NCBI GenBank assembly: GCA_965221905.1
Contig: OZ244922.1
Coordinates: 32,001-96,000, forward strand
From: Chloroflexota bacterium
GTDB lineage: Bacteria > Chloroflexota > UBA11872 > VXOZ01
Length of the DNA stretch: 64,000 nt
Direction of reading: 5' to 3'
The translations under genes were made by a program, and so were the position numbers. Positions within the stretch are counted from its first letter, which is position 1. Every line of letters begins with the position of its first letter. This document shows, piece after piece, positions 10,229 to 19,392 of this stretch. The notes beneath the pieces are model-generated. The model was not told where the DNA came from and did no database searches. It saw only the letters and a list, made by a program, of their open reading frames with translations.

Positions 10229-10573
10229 TTACCCAGACCCGCCAGGCCGGTCGTACGATGTTCTTTCGGCCACTATCTTGGTCTTGCTCAGCGCAGCTTG
10301 CATCTCATCCACCGTAAGCAGCGGCGTCGTCTTAACCGTCTTGACGTGACCCGGCGCAATGGCGGCAATGACCGCAGCCGCCGCGGTGGCGCCGTCGGGC
10401 GCTTCGAAGATGACAACCCCATCATAGTCGCCAAAGGCATAGTACACCGCGATCAGCCGGCCGCCGAGACTCTCCAGCAGCGGCTCGATGGCGTCCCTCC
10501 GGTCTTCCGGATCGTCGGCCAGTTGCTTCCAGGTTTCCGTTGCGTATGAAAACTGAGACATGAACACAGGCAT
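10229..10573 (-). CDS. GYD-domain protein
   Basis: LGGRLIAVYYAFGDYDGVVIFEAPD; GGAGAGG RBS. Confidence 0.85.
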   Translation of the reverse strand: MPVFMSQFSYATETWKQLADDPEDRRDAIEPLLESLGGRLIAVYYAFGDYDGVVIFEAPDGATAAAAVIAAIAPGHVKTVKTTPLLTVDEMQAALSKTKIVAERTSYDRPGGSG

Positions 10574-10922
10574 CGCGCACCTCTCCTATCTGTTGTGCTG
10601 TCTAAGCGCTGAGCGCGCTTGAAAACTCGCACACGGGCTCACTCTCCCCTGCAGGTTACCCCGAAACTACGTATTTGGGAACCGATGCATCCTACGGCCC
10701 ATAGACAGCAATGATGTAGGAAACCAAGACTCCCCGACCCGCCCTGCTAACGGTTCGCCTTAAGTATATCCATTCGGCTCCGCCATGTACCGCTTTTGGC
10801 GGCAACAGGGGAGGAACCACGTTCGATTGGTCTGCAGGACCCCGCTACGGCGACTTCTGCCCTGGCTGAATTCAGTTGTCGTGCTGGTTACTTGAAAGGC
10901 CGGTTGGAAGATCCGCCCCATC

Positions 10923-10950
10923 CGTCATTCCCGCGCAGACGGGAATCCAT
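10923..10950. repeat. CGTC-type REP (CGTCA(T/C)TCC-N-GGA(A/G)TCCA; family B)
   Basis: Copies at 10923, 11233 and 11276 (inverted pair), 12874, 27180, 30362, 31331, 34873, 35883, 37278, 53569, 56526 and 56645 (inverted pair), 62461. Confidence 0.9.
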
Positions 10951-10977
10951 CTTCTCTTGATTCCATGGTTCCGATCC

Positions 10978-11003
10978 AGCGGGAGACAAGCCCCCGCGCT
11001 ACG
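10978..11003. repeat. GTAG-type REP AGCGGGGGACAAGCCCCCGCGCTACG (family E)
   Basis: Copies at 10978, 35948, 37223, 62380. Confidence 0.85.
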
Positions 11004-11081
11004 GGCAAGCTCCGATTCGGAGGAACCCAGCGGCGAAGCATTGAGGGACACACGTACTAGATTCCTCGCTGCGCTCGGAAT

Positions 11082-11376
11082 TGTAAGTGTCAGGTAATTC
11101 GCTGATAGAAGTGGTACATCAAACAACAGGAGATGATGTCCTAGTATTGGCTGTCTTACGCGATAAGTTGCTCCAAGCACGAGACGTGGTTGCACATGCA
11201 TCAGAGACGACCATGGCAGGCGGCAGAAGAACCGTCACTCCGGCGAAAGCCGGAGTCCAGGGGGTGCAGCGAAGATGGATTCCGGCTTGCGCCGGAATGA
11301 CGGAGTTGCACGTCTTCTGCCAGCCATGATTTAAATTGTAATGATTGAACTGTCAACGAATTATTCAACACTTACA
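11082..11376. mobile_element. 295-bp non-autonomous element (MITE) with TG...CA ends and 5-bp TSD GGAAT
   Basis: Left end TGTAAGTGTCAGGTAATTCGCTGATAG, right end CTGTCAACGAATTATTCAACACTTACA (imperfect IR); GGAAT at 11077-11081 and 11377-11381; removing it restores a family C REP. Confidence 0.75.
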
Positions 11377-11429
11377 GGAATGACGTGAATTATCAAGGCC
11401 GCCCATTCCACAGGATTGACGGCGCGCGT

Positions 11430-12557
11430 TCAAGACAGCCTTTGCACTGCCCGTTGCAGCGCATCAGCATTGCGGCGGTGGAAGTCCTGGTCACGGGCGC
11501 TGATGCCGGTGAGCATTAGGTGCGGCATCAGGGACTCCGCCACCGGGCACCAGCCCCGGCGATACGGGAGCGGCTGCGACTGCGGCGCGCGGCTCACGCC
11601 ATACGAGCCACCCAAACTGAAGACGGGATGCAAGTAGGCCGGTACGCCGACGTAGCCGAAACTGAAGGCTGCATTCTCCTCCGCGCACGCTGCCTTGAAT
11701 TCCTCTAAGGAAGGACCGCCCGGCTGGGGCGCAAAGGCTGCCACCCAAAGATGGTAGGAATGGACGCTGTCCGCGCTCGCCTTCTGCGGACGCAGCCAGG
11801 CGCAGCCTTCCACCGCAGCCGCGTAGAGTTGGGCGCTGGCGCGATCTTCTGCCACGTAGCCGCGAGCGCGGCGCATCTGCACGCGCGCCACGGCGGCGGT
11901 GAGTTCGGTCATGCGGTAGTTGTTGGCCACGCGTACGGGCGCCGCGCCAAACGTGATGATGGCGCGCATTTGCTCGTTGAGATAGGCGTCATTGGTCACG
12001 GCCATGCCGCCGTCGCCGGTGCTTACGTGCTTCGAGGAATTGAAGCTGAAGACGCCGACTGCGCCGAGCGTGCCCGTGCTGCGCCCGCGCCACTCGCCAA
12101 AGAGGGCGTGCGCGCAATCTTCGATCACCGGCAGCTTTTGGGTGTTTGCTACTGCCAGGATGCCCTCCATGTCTGCCGGTTCGCCCCAGTGGTGGGTTAC
12201 GACGATTGCTTTCGTGCGCGGCGTGATGCGTTCCGCCAGCGAGGCGGGATCCATGTTGTGGGTATGCTCATCTACGTCGGCAAACACGGGCATGGCGCCC
12301 GTGTACAGCACCGCCAGGCCGCCAAACAGCACCATCGGATCGCATACCACCTCATCGCCGCCCCCCACGCCAACCGCCAGCAGCGACGCGTGCAGCCCAC
12401 CCATGGCCGCATTGCAAGCGATCCCATGATTCGCTCCCAGCGCCGCCGCAAACTCCTGCTCCAGCGCCGCTACCTCCGTGCCGGCGCCGAGCACGCCGGA
12501 CTCCAGCACCCGCGTAACCGCTGCGATATCTTCGGCGTCGAAAACCTTCTTGCTCAT
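11430..12557 (-). CDS. DegT/DnrJ/EryC1/StrS-family PLP aminotransferase
   Basis: GDEVV, ITPRTKAIVVTH, IEDCAHA, FSFNSSKHVSTGDGG, NYRMTEL; start MSKKVF after GAGAGGG. Confidence 0.9.
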   Translation of the reverse strand: MSKKVFDAEDIAAVTRVLESGVLGAGTEVAALEQEFAAALGANHGIACNAAMGGLHASLLAVGVGGGDEVVCDPMVLFGGLAVLYTGAMPVFADVDEHTHNMDPASLAERITPRTKAIVVTHHWGEPADMEGILAVANTQKLPVIEDCAHALFGEWRGRSTGTLGAVGVFSFNSSKHVSTGDGGMAVTNDAYLNEQMRAIITFGAAPVRVANNYRMTELTAAVARVQMRRARGYVAEDRASAQLYAAAVEGCAWLRPQKASADSVHSYHLWVAAFAPQPGGPSLEEFKAACAEENAAFSFGYVGVPAYLHPVFSLGGSYGVSRAPQSQPLPYRRGWCPVAESLMPHLMLTGISARDQDFHRRNADALQRAVQRLS

Positions 12558-13061
12558 CTTATTTGCCCTCTCACGTGCCTCGCCGCAGTTTTTCGTCCTG
12601 GTTTCTTGATGATACTGCATTGAGTGCAGTGCGGTTCAAACCTCACCGCCTTGAGCTTCATCCGCTTGCCTACGTCGTTCCTCTGCATATCGGTTATCAC
12701 GTAGGGGCACGACATGTCGTGCCTTACCCTCTCATCGCTGGGGCACATCCAAGAGTGCAGGTAAGCTGGACCTCGGCTCTTTCCTTTACTAGAGCATCGA
12801 GAGTTCTCGAACACTGCCAGCAAGGACGGAGAATAAAGTTGTGGCTGCAACAAAGAGCACCAAACGAGAAATGCGTCACTCCGGCGGAAGCCGGAGTCCA
12901 GAGAGCGGCGGAGTGGAACGCTCCGGTGTCCTAGTATTGGAGTGCATTTGCTGAGTGGCCTCGGCGAGAAGTTCCCAAGTAAAGGCATCTGCACTCGCTG
13001 ACAAGGATTCACCCTCACCCCCGTTTCAAGTACGGGGCAGGCTCTAGCCCTCTCCCTCAAT

Positions 13062-13292
13062 GAGACCTTTGCGTAACTCCGGCCAGCGGGGCAAGAATTA
13101 CTCCCTCTCCATGGGAAGAGGGCTGGGGTGAGGGGATTCCTGCTTATCCTGTCTTTTCTACCTCTAATATCTATACGTAAGTGGGCAAAATCGGTGAAAA
13201 TGGCCCGGATTGCGGGGATTCCCCCTCACCCTAACCCTCTCCCGCCGGGAGAGGGGACTTTCTCGCCTCGGCAAGGGTTACGCAAAGGTCTC
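13062..13292. mobile_element. 231-bp MITE, perfect 16-bp TIR GAGACCTTTGCGTAAC, 6-bp TSD CTCAAT (IS5-like ends)
   Basis: GAGACCTTTGCGTAAC at 13062, GTTACGCAAAGGTCTC ending at 13292; CTCAAT at 13056-13061 and 13293-13298; interior is an inverted pair of family G REPs. Confidence 0.85.
13221..13257. repeat. REP family G (CCCTCACCCTAACCCTCTCCC-loop-GGGAGAGGG)
   Basis: Copies or half-copies near 13012, 13103, 13221, 16502, 29119, 29169, 30254, 34018, 37487, 54905, 59270. Confidence 0.85.
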
Positions 13293-13398
13293 CTCAATGG
13301 GACCCTTGAATAGGAACTTATGTAGGAAAGTGCCGAAAAGTGCTTGACTCACTTTCGGCACTATGCTGTGTTATCCTTCAAGTTCAGGAGTATATGAC

Positions 13399-13647
13399 AT
13401 GTCCCGCAAGGCTTCCGGCAAGTCCAACCGTACCTGCATCAGCGTGGTAGAACAGTCCCGCCGATTCCCGGACGACATGACCGCTGAAGCGTGGTACCTT
13501 GCGCACCGGCTTCGAGTCGCGCTGACCGAGCGACAGAACGCGTTTGCCGGCCCGTTGGAAGCCGATGAGACCTACATGGGCGGAAAGCGGCTGCGTAACC
13601 GAGAGCTTATCGCGGACAATGGGCCGGCGTCCGGGGCGTGCGCATGA
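13399..13647 (+). pseudogene. IS1595-family transposase remnant, internally deleted
   Basis: MSRKASGK...FPDD N-terminus, AWYLAHRLR, GPLEADETYMGGK first catalytic motif, KRLRNRELIADNG C-terminus, all in only 82 aa; AGGAG RBS; possible left end GGAACTTATGTAG at 13313 followed by hairpin 13329-13362. Confidence 0.75.
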
Positions 13648-16487
13648 CACCCTACGAGTTCATCGACAAGTGGCGAGCCTCCACGCTGACGGAGCGCTCA
13701 GCATCGCAGCAACATTTCCTCGACCTCTGCGAGTTGCTTGGCGAACCCAAACCCGCTGACGTCGACCCGACCGGCGAGACGTACTGCTTCGAGCGGGGAG
13801 CTCGCAAGGACACCGGCGGGGACGGCTGGGCCGATGTCTGGAAGCGCCATCACTTCGCTTGGGAGTACAAGGGGAAGCGGAAGAACCTCGACGCGGCCTT
13901 CGACCAGCTCCGTCAGTACTCGCTGGCGCTGGAGAACCCGCCGCTGCTGATCGTCTCCGACATGCTGCGGTTCCGCATCCGCACCAACTGGACGAACAGC
14001 GTCAGCAGAACCTACGAGTTCGGCCTGGACGACCTGGCTGACGCCGCGACACGCGACAGGCTCAAGTGGGCGTTCTCGGACCCGGAGCGGCTGCGGCCGG
14101 GCGTGACGCGGCAAGCGCTCACCGAACAGGCGGCGCAGTCCTTCGCCGCGGTCGCGCAGGCGCTACGGGAGCGCGGACACGACCCGCGCGCAGTTGCGCA
14201 TTTCGTCAACCGGCTCGTCTTCTGCATGTTCGCCGACGATGTGGGTCTGCTGCCCGGCCACATGTTCACGCGGATGCTGGAGCAGGCGCGGCGCACACCG
14301 CCGCAATTCGCCGAACTTGCCGGCGAACTCTTCCGGGAGATGGCCTCTGGCGGACGCGTCGGCTTCGAGACGGTCGAGTGGTTCAACGGTGGGCTGTTCG
14401 ACGACGACACGGCGTTGCCTCTGGAGAAGTCCGACATCGACACCGTGCTGGCGGCGTCGCGCCTCGATTGGTCGGAGATCGACCCGTCGATCCTCGGCAC
14501 GCTCTTTGAGCGCGGGCTGGACCCCAACAAGCGCGCCCAGCTTGGGGCGCACTACACCGACCGCGACAAGATCATGCTGATCGTCGAGCCGGTGGTGAAC
14601 CGCCCGTGGCTTGCCGAATGGGACGCGGAGAAGGCCGAGATCGCCGCCGAGCTGGAACGTGCGGATGCCGCCAAGTCACCCGCCACTCGCACGAGACGCC
14701 GTAACCAAGCCGAGCAGCGGTATCGGACGTTCCTCGACCGGCTGCGGGCGTTCACGGTGCTCGACCCGGCATGCGGCTCCGGCAACTTCCTATATCTGGC
14801 CCTGCAGGCGCTCAAGGACCTGGAGCACCGGGTACAGCTTGAGGCGGAGGCGTTCGATTTACAGCGCGCGTTCCCGGAAATCGGCCCGGCCAACGTCAAG
14901 GGAATCGAGATCAACCCGTACGCGGCGGAGTTGGCGCGTGTATCGGTTTGGATCGGCGAGATCCAGTGGATGCGTCGTAACGGATTCTCGGAGGTACGAA
15001 ATCCGATCCTCAAGCCGCTCGATACCATCGAGTGCCGCGACGCGATCGTGACGCCAGAAGGCACAGAACCGGACTGGCCGGAGGCGGATGTGGTAATCGG
15101 CAATCCGCCGTTCCTGGGCGACAAGCTACTGCTCCGCAATCTCGGAAACGACTACGTGTCACGCCTGCGGAGGACCTACGCCGGTCGATTGCCCGCACAA
15201 GCCGATCTAGTCTGCTACTGGTTCGAGAAGGCTGCCAAGCAGATCCAGGCTGGCAAGGCGACACGAGCCGGTCTCGTTGCAACAAACTCGATCCGCGGTG
15301 GACCCAATCGAGACGTGCTGGACCGAATCGTCCGGGACGCTGCGATCTTCGAGGCCTGGGCCGACGAACCCTGGGTGGTCGACGGTGCCGCCGTTCGAGT
15401 CTCGCTCGTCTGCTTCGCGTCACAAGACTCAGGCTTGCCCATTCACCTTAACGGAGAGAACACCGACCGGATCGGTCCTGACTTGACCTCCCGCGTTGCA
15501 GATCTAACAACGGCGGTGAGATTGGTTCAGAATAGCGACACGGCTTTCGTCGGCGACCAGAAGGCGGGACTATTCGACATTCACGGTGACTTGGCAAGAG
15601 AGTGGCTGCAGCTTCCAGCCAACCCCAACGGTCGGTCGAACACGGACGTTCTCAAGCCCTGGGTAAACGGGATGGACCTGACCCGCCGGCCGGCAGGCAA
15701 GTGGATCATCGACTTCGGATGGCAGATGTCTGAGGCTGACGCGGCCCTGTACGAGGAGCCATTCCGATGGGTGCAGGAGCACGTCTACCCTTCGCGTCGC
15801 CACAACAACCGCGCGGCCTACCGCAAGCACTGGTGGCGACACGGCGAGCCGAGACAGGGCATGTGGCGGGCGCTAAAGGAGCGTCGAAGGTACATTGCAA
15901 CGCCTCGCGTTGCCAAGCACCGCCTATTCGTTTGGCTCGATGCTCGCGTCTGTCCCGACTCAGCAACGATCGCCATCGCCCGCGACGACGACACGACGTT
16001 TGGGATCCTGCACAGCCGGTTCCACGAAGCCTGGTCGCTCCGGCTCGGGACGAGTCTGGAAAATCGGCCCCGCTATACGCCGACTACCACCTTCGAGACG
16101 TTCCCGTTCCCGCCCGGCCTGACGCCGGACGTGCCCGCGACCGAGTACGCCTCCGACCCGCGTGCGCTTGCCATTGCGGCCGCCGCCCGGCGGCTCGTAA
16201 AGCTGCGCAACCGCTGGCTCAACCCGCCCGAGTGGGTCGAGTGGGTTGACGAGCCGGTTTCCGGTTTTCCGAAGCGGCCCGTTTCGCGCGACGAGGCGGC
16301 GGCGAATGCGCTCAAGAAACGCACGCTGACGAACCTCTACAACGACCGCCCGCAGTGGCTCGCCGATGCTCACGAAGCCCTTGACGCCGCTGTGGCTGCC
16401 GCATACGGTTGGCCGGCGGACATTTCGAAAGACGACGTTCTCCACGAGTTGCTGGCGCTCAACGGCGGCGCGGCCAGCCACGTTTAG
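13644..16487 (+). CDS. MmeI-like Type IIL restriction-modification enzyme (nuclease + N6-adenine MTase + TRD)
   Basis: N-terminal WADVW...WEYK nuclease-type motif, GAHYT, LDPACGSGNFL (motif I), GNPPF (motif IV), ATNSIRGG, RYTPTTTFETFPFP, LDAAVAAAYGW; ATG overlaps the TGA of the IS remnant. Confidence 0.9.
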   Translation: MTPYEFIDKWRASTLTERSASQQHFLDLCELLGEPKPADVDPTGETYCFERGARKDTGGDGWADVWKRHHFAWEYKGKRKNLDAAFDQLRQYSLALENPPLLIVSDMLRFRIRTNWTNSVSRTYEFGLDDLADAATRDRLKWAFSDPERLRPGVTRQALTEQAAQSFAAVAQALRERGHDPRAVAHFVNRLVFCMFADDVGLLPGHMFTRMLEQARRTPPQFAELAGELFREMASGGRVGFETVEWFNGGLFDDDTALPLEKSDIDTVLAASRLDWSEIDPSILGTLFERGLDPNKRAQLGAHYTDRDKIMLIVEPVVNRPWLAEWDAEKAEIAAELERADAAKSPATRTRRRNQAEQRYRTFLDRLRAFTVLDPACGSGNFLYLALQALKDLEHRVQLEAEAFDLQRAFPEIGPANVKGIEINPYAAELARVSVWIGEIQWMRRNGFSEVRNPILKPLDTIECRDAIVTPEGTEPDWPEADVVIGNPPFLGDKLLLRNLGNDYVSRLRRTYAGRLPAQADLVCYWFEKAAKQIQAGKATRAGLVATNSIRGGPNRDVLDRIVRDAAIFEAWADEPWVVDGAAVRVSLVCFASQDSGLPIHLNGENTDRIGPDLTSRVADLTTAVRLVQNSDTAFVGDQKAGLFDIHGDLAREWLQLPANPNGRSNTDVLKPWVNGMDLTRRPAGKWIIDFGWQMSEADAALYEEPFRWVQEHVYPSRRHNNRAAYRKHWWRHGEPRQGMWRALKERRRYIATPRVAKHRLFVWLDARVCPDSATIAIARDDDTTFGILHSRFHEAWSLRLGTSLENRPRYTPTTTFETFPFPPGLTPDVPATEYASDPRALAIAAAARRLVKLRNRWLNPPEWVEWVDEPVSGFPKRPVSRDEAAANALKKRTLTNLYNDRPQWLADAHEALDAAVAAAYGWPADISKDDVLHELLALNGGAASHV

Positions 16488-16686
16488 TAGTCACCGTAAA
16501 ATCCCCCCCCGGTCTATACATCTATACAATACGGGGTTGAGGGTGAATCCTCGTCAATCCAACCCAATCCCGCTTGCTTGGCTGAGTTATTCAAAGGTCT
16601 CCTATGGTCGTACGCGGTCTTTTGTGCAAGCATGTGGTCGACCCTTTAACCCCTTCCTATAGCCCAATCCGGGCTAGAGTAAGAGA

Positions 16687-17979
16687 ATGGACTCACCGCT
16701 GTTTACACACTTCCGGCGAGCAGAAATACTTGCTGTTCTGGCGTACCGCAACTTCCGCTACCTATTCTTGGCGCAGGTTGTTAGTGGCGTTGGCGATGCG
16801 ATCTACTGGGTTGCCCTTCCCTGGCTCGTTCTCCAAGAAGTGGGAACTGCGATGGCCGTGGGCATAACCAGCGCCGCTGCTGTGATACCGTTCATCATTC
16901 TGTCACCGCTTGCCGGCGTGCTCGCGGACCGGGTGGACCGCAAGTTGCTCATGATACTTTCACATGTAGCGCGGGTGGCAGTATTGGCGGCGCTACTAGT
17001 AGCGGGGCGCATGACGTCTTTGGACACGTTGCACTTTGCCATTGCCGGGTTCTTCCTCACCGCGGCAGGTCTGCTCATCTATCCCGCCCGTGCGGCGATC
17101 CTGCCCAACCTGCTGCCGAAAGAGAAGCTGGTTGCGGGAAATGCCGCCTTAGCGGCGGGTATGCAGGCAGTCAGGGTCGGCGGTACAGCCGCAGCAGGGT
17201 TCCTCTTTGCAACTATCGGCGGCCTGAATGCACTTGGCGGCGTTCTCATTACGTATGGCATCGCGGCAATGCTGATTAGCAGAGTTAAGGCCCCCGCGCA
17301 GACCGGAATTCGGAGCACGGTCAGCACAGGAGGCAAGCCTCACGTGAGGCTGGCGAGCATGCTGAGAGACACCAAGTCAGACTTAGTACTTTCGGTGTCT
17401 TTCATTCTCAAGCACCCCTTGATACGCGCCATGGCCGTTGCAGGAGTGGTACTCAACGCGTTCCACTATCCGGCAATGGGACTATTGCTTCCCGTGTATT
17501 TCCGCCAAGCGCTAGAGGCGGGTCCGGAATCGTTCGGCCTGTTCAGCGCCATTGAATCCGCTGCCATTCTCATCGCTCTGCCGGCGGCGCCGTGGCTGGC
17601 AAGACAACTCGGCGACGGCAAGCTCAGCTCGCTCGCGCTTGCCGCCATGGGCATTCTGGTAGCGGGGTTAGCGATTACGGGGCAGCTCTGGCACGTGTTT
17701 GCCATTGCTGTCCTGATGGGATTCCTGACTGCCGGTGTGCTGCCGATGCAGAGCCTCGTGCAAGCGGAGACCCCCGATCACTTGCGCGGGAAAGTGGTGG
17801 CAAATCTCGTAGTGATCAACGCCGCGTTCACGCCTTTCACCGCGCTGTTGGGTGGATTCTTTATCGATGCGACGGGGGCTAGACCTATCTACTTGGTCAC
17901 CGGAATTGTCGTGGTTCTCTCCGGAGTCGGCCTCCTGCTGGTGAAAGAAGTCCGACAGGCACGGCTCACGCTGCCTTAG
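16687..17979 (+). CDS. MFS transporter
   Basis: About 12 hydrophobic segments, AGVLADRVDRK motif A, QAETPDHLRGKV. Confidence 0.9.
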   Translation: MDSPLFTHFRRAEILAVLAYRNFRYLFLAQVVSGVGDAIYWVALPWLVLQEVGTAMAVGITSAAAVIPFIILSPLAGVLADRVDRKLLMILSHVARVAVLAALLVAGRMTSLDTLHFAIAGFFLTAAGLLIYPARAAILPNLLPKEKLVAGNAALAAGMQAVRVGGTAAAGFLFATIGGLNALGGVLITYGIAAMLISRVKAPAQTGIRSTVSTGGKPHVRLASMLRDTKSDLVLSVSFILKHPLIRAMAVAGVVLNAFHYPAMGLLLPVYFRQALEAGPESFGLFSAIESAAILIALPAAPWLARQLGDGKLSSLALAAMGILVAGLAITGQLWHVFAIAVLMGFLTAGVLPMQSLVQAETPDHLRGKVVANLVVINAAFTPFTALLGGFFIDATGARPIYLVTGIVVVLSGVGLLLVKEVRQARLTLP

Positions 17980-18139
17980 AGCACATGCGGCTGAAGGTAG
18001 CCCAAGCAGACCGGCTGTAAACAACGGCGAGTGCACATGAGGAAAAACAGGAATTCGTCAAAATCGAGCCGGTAGAGCGGGGCGTGGCTGAGGCTACACT
18101 GCACCTGATGCTCGCCTAGCCGGCGTATCGGCAGCTCTG

Positions 18140-18433
18140 CTAGAGCAAGCGGCGGCGGGTTTGCAAACGAATCTGCTGGGGATCGGCCGCGGGGTCGTCG
18201 GCAGGGCGCAACTCTAGAAAGATGCCGCCGGACTGTCCGATCACGGTGCCGGCAAGCTGCTGCGCCGCGTCGTCTTCACCGGTCAGTTCCCAGATGACAA
18301 CGGTATCGTCTATCTCCATCGGCACCGACTTCCTGCCGCCGGGCGGAATGCGATGCACCACCGTATCACCGTTCACTGTGATACGCTGTGGGGAACTCCC
18401 CGTATTCGTATAGTCCAGGCGATACACCGCCAC
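18140..18433 (-). CDS. Small hypothetical protein
   Basis: 97 aa, GTG start after AAGGAG, beta-rich protein-like sequence filling the intergenic gap. Confidence 0.55.
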   Translation of the reverse strand: MAVYRLDYTNTGSSPQRITVNGDTVVHRIPPGGRKSVPMEIDDTVVIWELTGEDDAAQQLAGTVIGQSGGIFLELRPADDPAADPQQIRLQTRRRLL

Positions 18434-18663
18434 CGGTTCTGCCGCTCCTTATTGCGCGTTGCGTGCGCCGCTCAATGGCATGTCTGCACTCCATGATACC
18501 AAGTCTCTCACTAAGCAACACAAGGCCCGCTTCGCAGCACCGTGGTTGCGCGCACATCACACCAAGTTGCCAAACATGTAATCGCAGGTGGTAGCAATCC
18601 TCTTGCAGTGGTAAGTATAATGGGCGAAAAGGAACGCTCCTCGCTTTGCAGAGGGTGGTCGCG

Positions 18664-19392
18664 ATGCCGACCCTAGTCACACCACAACACTACGATTCAG
18701 CCCTGTCCACGGACCAGACTCCTGCCGTGCGGGCATTTGCCGCAGCGCTTGCAGAGGGAGAGCATTGGTATGGCGCGATCCTAAGCGCCGTGCACCTCTG
18801 GAGTGGTGATGAGGAATGTTACGGCGGGCGCCACTTTCGCTTCATGATTGCCGGTGAAGCGCTTGACTTATTGCTCGTCTTGGAACGCATTAGCTGGGAC
18901 TGCCGGCATCTCCTGCCGCAAGAAGAACGCGATGCGCTCTTCTTCTATGCACGACCGCCCTATACCTATTCGGATACAGAGTTCGCGCACCTGCTGGGAG
19001 AAGAGAAGTACTGCTCGTACCTCAACTATTTTTATGGCGTAACCCTGGAAGAGGTGCTCCTGCACGCGGTGGAAGACGAGATACTAAAGGCCACGAATTA
19101 CGGCCTTACGCGCGACCGGCGCGATCCGGAAAGCCCCTATACGCGCTTGTACGGCAAGAAGGAACATGAACTCCTGCAGGAATTCAGCGCAGAACGTGAT
19201 CGTCCCGTGAATGGAGCCATTACGCTCACCGAGTGGAAAGAGTTTCTCTACTGGCTCTTCAAGCAGCGGGTTGCCAAATCCCTGCCGGAGCGCCTCGCCA
19301 GCGACACGCAGAAGGGCTTGGACACGCTGCGCAGGCTGCGCGGCACATACCCGGCGGGACCCTTTGACACGCTGCGGGGGTACCGCGAGTAA
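18664..19392 (+). CDS. Hypothetical helical protein
   Basis: GAGGG RBS, TATAAT at 18616, protein-like composition (YLNYFYGVTLEE, FLYWLFK, ASDTQKG). Confidence 0.75.
   Translation: MPTLVTPQHYDSALSTDQTPAVRAFAAALAEGEHWYGAILSAVHLWSGDEECYGGRHFRFMIAGEALDLLLVLERISWDCRHLLPQEERDALFFYARPPYTYSDTEFAHLLGEEKYCSYLNYFYGVTLEEVLLHAVEDEILKATNYGLTRDRRDPESPYTRLYGKKEHELLQEFSAERDRPVNGAITLTEWKEFLYWLFKQRVAKSLPERLASDTQKGLDTLRRLRGTYPAGPFDTLRGYRE

Noticed and set aside
10872-11329. Short ORFs with WIPACAGMT / VTPAKAGVQ peptides
   Set aside because: Translations of REP B/C and the MITE, not genes; the same applies to ORFs at 12554-13313, 37243-37449 and 56437-56712
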